From the NCBI GenBank assembly GCA_964244895.1, contig CAXTKV010000078.1, positions 1-21,278 on the forward strand: a stretch of DNA of 21,278 nt, given 5' to 3'. Each line of letters opens with the position of its first letter. Within the stretch, counting starts at the first letter, position 1. The position numbers and the translations under genes were made by a program. The notes below the pieces were generated by a model. It saw only the letters and a list, made by a program, of their open reading frames with translations, did no database searches and had not been told where the DNA came from. Positions 18,142 through 21,278 of this stretch are shown in pieces. Source of the DNA: an uncultured Deinococcales bacterium (lineage in GTDB: Bacteria > Deinococcota > Deinococci > Deinococcales > JAAFIG01).

Positions 18142-18513
18142 TCAGTTGCCGACCGTGAACGAACCAACGCCCGAGATGCTGCTCGTGGCCGTGACCGTGA
18201 CCTTCTGCGTGCCCGAGGTGAAAGACACATTGCAAGCCGTCAGCGTCGCCGGGCCGGAGCCCGCACCGTAGCTGCCCACCGTGTAGCTGCCCGTACACAC
18301 GGTGGTTGGCAAGGTCGTGGCGCTGATGTTGTCAGCGATGTACGCGTTGGCCGCCTTGAAGACGTTCTGCGTGTACGCCTGCTCCGCGCGCTTCTGCGCG
18401 GTCACGCGGGCGCTCAGCAGGTTCGGGATCAGCACGGCGGCGAGAATACCGATGATGGCGATCACGATCAGCAGTTCGATCAGGGTAAAACCTTGCGATT
18501 TGTGGTTCTTCAT
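18142..18513 (-). CDS. pilA: Type IV pilin (probable major pilin)
   Basis: Class III signal peptide MKNHKSQG/FTLIELLIVIAIIGILAAVLIP with Glu5; two C-terminal Cys; strong RBS GAGGAG. Confidence 0.92.
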   Translation of the reverse strand: MKNHKSQGFTLIELLIVIAIIGILAAVLIPNLLSARVTAQKRAEQAYTQNVFKAANAYIADNISATTLPTTVCTGSYTVGSYGAGSGPATLTACNVSFTSGTQKVTVTATSSISGVGSFTVGN

Positions 18514-18784
18514 AGTGCTTCTCCTCGGTTCTGATCGTCGGGTATAGGGAATATGCGATCAGGACTGGTTTGCAACCCAACGCCCGAGGACCCACCCCCA
18601 CGCGTCGCTGCCGATATTGTCACCAATGCGTTATCACGCTTCTCTTACGTTCTGGAAGTGACGTTGCCCAGACAAAACTGGCGTTTCCTGCCGTTCCTTC
18701 TCGAGCCAATACGACCCGCTCGGACTCGGGTTTTCCCCCCTCGCGTGAGCGAGCAGAACGAAGCGCGATCCTACGGGTGCCTAC

Positions 18785-18837
18785 CTCGAGAACACCGTCC
18801 TGGACGCATATTTAGAAACGTGTGCTGGACGGTGTTC
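18785..18837. repeat. Paired palindrome-family units between the divergent pilin and alaS genes
   Basis: CTCGAG-AACACCGTC-CTG-GACGC-ATATTTAGAAAC-GTGTG-CTG-GACGGTGTTC; centres 18801 and 18826. Confidence 0.85.
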
Positions 18838-18870
18838 CCGTCATTCCAGCTGCAAACCGTGCCCGCGCGC

Positions 18871-18899
18871 TTGCGATCCGGGCGCTTCGTTTGTAGACT
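18871..18899 (+). promoter_or_regulatory. sigma70/sigmaA promoter of the alaS leader
   Basis: TTGCGA-N17-TAGACT. Confidence 0.75.
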
Positions 18900-18906
18900 C
18901 CTTTCA

Positions 18907-18933
18907 GTGACCTCGCCTGCCGCACACGCTTAA
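18907..18933 (+). CDS. Putative leaderless alaS leader peptide MTSPAAHA
   Basis: GTG lies 7 nt after the -10 box; 3 of the last 4 codons are Ala (GCC, GCA, GCT); the ORF overlaps the 5' arm of the downstream terminator-like fold. Confidence 0.6.
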   Translation: MTSPAAHA

Positions 18934-18985
18934 CGACTCGAGCCAGAAAGCTGGTTGAGTCGTCGCGCACCGCGCAGGTTTTTTT
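18915..18985 (+). terminator. Attenuator-type terminator in the alaS leader
   Basis: Inner hairpin 18933-18963; outer stem CCTGC(C)GC 18916-18923 with GCGCAGG 18972-18978; T7 run at 18979-18985. Confidence 0.6.
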
Positions 18986-19012
18986 ATTGCCCACTGACAC
19001 GGAGGATTCCCC

Positions 19013-21278
19013 ATGAACGACCCCAGATACCTGACCACCGCGCAAATCCGAGAGTTGTACCTGTCTTTTTTCGAATCCAAAGGCCACCTTCGCGCCGCAT
19101 CGCACCCGATCCCCGTCTACGACGACAAAACCCTGATGTTCAGCGTGGCTGGCATGACGCAATTCAAACCGTACTTCATCGGTGCGGAACCCAACTTTCC
19201 CGGCAAGGGCATCTGGCGTCGCGTCACAACTTCTCAGAAGTGCATCCGGATCGGGGATATCGAAAACGTCGGGCGCACGGATCGGCATTGCAGCTTCTTC
19301 GAGATGCTGGGCAATTTCAGCTTCGATTCGTACTTCAAAAAAGAAGCCATCGAATGGGCGTGGGAATTTTTGACGAATGATCAATGGCTCGGCCTCGACC
19401 CGGCTCGCATGTACGTCACGATTTACAAGGACGACGACGAAGCCTTCGAATACTGGCGCGGCGTCGGACTGAGCGCCGACCGCATCAACCGCTTCGATGC
19501 CGACGAGAACTTCTGGCCGCAAAACGCGCCCAGCAAAGGCCCGAACGGCCCGTGCGGCCCGTGCTCTGAAATTTACTACGACCGAGGCGAGGCTTACGGC
19601 ACCGACACCTGGGCCGATTACGCGCAGAACCCCGAAAGCAACCGATTTCTGGAAATCTGGAATTTGGTTTTCCCCGGCTACAACCGCACGGACGGCGAGG
19701 ATGGAAAAGGCGCGCTAGAAGACCTGGGCCGCAAGAACATCGACACTGGCATGGGCATGGTTCGCGTCGTCGGGATCATGCAGGGCGTGCGCGATTTCTA
19801 CGACAGCGACGACTTCAAACCGTTGATCGCCGAGGTCGAGAAGTTGAGCGGCAAGCCCTACGACGGCCCCTCGAGCATCAGCCACCGCGTGATCGCGGAA
19901 CACGTTCGCATGGTTTCCATGACCCTGGCCGACGGCGTGACCTTTGGGAACACCGGGCGCGGCTACGTGGTCCGCAAGGTCATGCGCCGTGCGAGCCGCC
20001 ACGCGTACCTGCTGGGCATGAAAGAACCCGTAATTTACAAACTGGTTGGTTTGGTCGCGCAAACGTTGGGACAGCATTACCCAGAGATTGTTGAACGCCA
20101 GGAAACCGTGGCAAAGCAGATCAGGCAAGAAGAAGAACGATTCTTGAAGACGCTCGAGAATGGCGTCCGCTTGCTCGATGAAATTATGTTTGCAGCAATC
20201 TTCGAGACGGGTTCGAAAATACGTGAAAGCCGCAAGTTCAAGGATGATGAGTACATCGGACAATGGTTTGGCGTGGAGATGGATACTCGAGTTCGGAAAC
20301 AACTTGTTCAAATGTTTGGTGTCGAGTATATGCGTGAACATTCAAGCCAAGTAGCTCGTGATCTGGTCGAAAAGACGGGCTACTCCGGTTCAGTCGCGCC
20401 AATTCTTGAAGCTGAAAGAAATGAAGAACTGACTAAACCTTTAATTTCTGGGGACAAAGCCTTCACGCTTTACGATACCTACGGTTTTCCGCTCGATCTG
20501 ACTATCGAAATTGCGGAAGAACGCGGTGTAGCGGTTGACGTTGACGGTTACAACAAAGCGCTCGAGACCGCGCAAAATCTCGCTCGGGCAGGATCGAAAT
20601 ACAAAAACCTAGAATTGTTTTCGGGCGTGTCGGATGTACTCGAGGGCTTCAGCGAGACAAGATTCGTGGGCTACGAGCACCTGACGGCGGAATCGAAGGT
20701 GTTGGGCATCATCGCGGATTCGGATTCCATCTCGAGGCTGAACGCGGGGTCATCGGCGCAAGTGATCCTCGAGCCGACGCCGTTCTACGCGGAGGGCGGC
20801 GGGCAGGTCGGGGATTCGGGACGGCTGGAATGGGATGGTGGCGCGGCGGAGGTCTTGAACACGATCAAGACGCCGCAGGGCGTATACTTGCATCAGATTC
20901 GCGTGCTGGACGGTGTTCTCGAGGATGGGTCAACGGTTCAGGCGAAGGTCGGCGGGGTACGCAAGGCCACGGAGCGGCATCACACGGCCACGCACCTGTT
21001 GCAGGCGGCCTTGCGGGCGACGTTGGGCAGCGGCGTGCAGCAGAAGGGGTCGTTGGTCGCGCCGGATCGGTTGCGGTTCGATTTCAGCCACAATGAAGCC
21101 ATGACGCCGCCAGAAATTCGGCGTGTGGAACAACTGGTGAACCGCTGGATCGAGGCGGATTTCCCGGTCACGTACAAGCTCATGCCGATCGACGAGGCCC
21201 GAAAGACGGGCGCGATGGCGCTCTTCGGCGAGAAGTACGGCGATGTCGTGCGCGTCGTGTCGGTGGATGGGAACGTGA
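19013..21278 (+). CDS. alaS: Alanine--tRNA ligase, 3'-truncated by the window, carrying an internal insertion
   Basis: Manual translation is open to the window end: SQKCIR, DIENVG, FFEMLGNFSF, GPCGPCSEI, EIWNLVF, IDTGMG, LYDTYGFPLDLT, TPFYAEGGGQVGD, HTATHLL, QKGS, LRFDF, GAMALFGEKY. RBS GGAGG. Confidence 0.97.
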   Translation, partial: MNDPRYLTTAQIRELYLSFFESKGHLRAASHPIPVYDDKTLMFSVAGMTQFKPYFIGAEPNFPGKGIWRRVTTSQKCIRIGDIENVGRTDRHCSFFEMLGNFSFDSYFKKEAIEWAWEFLTNDQWLGLDPARMYVTIYKDDDEAFEYWRGVGLSADRINRFDADENFWPQNAPSKGPNGPCGPCSEIYYDRGEAYGTDTWADYAQNPESNRFLEIWNLVFPGYNRTDGEDGKGALEDLGRKNIDTGMGMVRVVGIMQGVRDFYDSDDFKPLIAEVEKLSGKPYDGPSSISHRVIAEHVRMVSMTLADGVTFGNTGRGYVVRKVMRRASRHAYLLGMKEPVIYKLVGLVAQTLGQHYPEIVERQETVAKQIRQEEERFLKTLENGVRLLDEIMFAAIFETGSKIRESRKFKDDEYIGQWFGVEMDTRVRKQLVQMFGVEYMREHSSQVARDLVEKTGYSGSVAPILEAERNEELTKPLISGDKAFTLYDTYGFPLDLTIEIAEERGVAVDVDGYNKALETAQNLARAGSKYKNLELFSGVSDVLEGFSETRFVGYEHLTAESKVLGIIADSDSISRLNAGSSAQVILEPTPFYAEGGGQVGDSGRLEWDGGAAEVLNTIKTPQGVYLHQIRVLDGVLEDGSTVQAKVGGVRKATERHHTATHLLQAALRATLGSGVQQKGSLVAPDRLRFDFSHNEAMTPPEIRRVEQLVNRWIEADFPVTYKLMPIDEARKTGAMALFGEKYGDVVRVVSVDGNV
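20897..20923. repeat. Palindrome-family unit embedded in the alaS coding sequence
   Basis: ATTCGCGTGCTGGACGGT is identical to 5063-5080 (18 nt) and is followed by GTTCTCGAG; it encodes IRVLDGVLE. Confidence 0.65.

Noticed and set aside
18840..19012. T-box riboswitch upstream of alaS
   Set aside because: No GGTGGNACC T-box sequence, and the leader from the predicted promoter is only about 105 nt.
19715..20341. 208-aa minus-strand ORF and other ORFs listed within 18812-21183
   Set aside because: These are antisense or out-of-frame shadows of alaS, which is continuous in its own frame from 19013.
20186..20443. Intein, intron or homing endonuclease in alaS
   Set aside because: No N-terminal Cys/Ser block or C-terminal His-Asn plus nucleophile, too short, no LAGLIDADG/HNH/GIY-YIG motif, and the frame stays open with no intron-like ends.

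Overview
GC-rich (roughly 65%, by eye) bacterial chromosome segment, most likely Deinococcota. This is inferred from the AlaRS sequence style, a short Thermus/Deinococcus-type pilin and several leaderless-type promoters. Genes in order: the end of a Cph1/Rcp1-like two-component cluster with a REC-PAS-PAS hybrid kinase, a DAGK-family kinase coupled to a PHP protein, a BTAD/TPR protein, a C39-like peptidase, a small hypothetical, a NUDIX hydrolase, YkvA/DUF1232, NhaA, an AI-2E transporter, a hypothetical, a catalytically degenerate M23 protein, an orphan DUF4258-like protein, a small protein, a GNAT, a 7Fe ferredoxin, two membrane proteins, an NTP-transferase, a type IV pilin and the 5' ~755 codons of alaS. 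alaS is missing from the ORF track because it runs off the window. The most notable features are: (1) about 25 copies of a 17-bp palindrome CACCGTS-N3-SACGGTG in most longer intergenic regions, mostly paired 25-26 or 34-37 bp apart, i.e. differing by one helical turn; (2) about 95 CTCGAG sites; (3) an AT-rich in-frame insertion of ~75-80 aa in AlaRS, across which synonymous codon choice flips from C-ending to G/T-ending; (4) a leaderless Ala-rich leader peptide that forms part of a terminator stem upstream of alaS; (5) several structured leaders and a candidate ncRNA. All counts were made by hand and no database searches were run.
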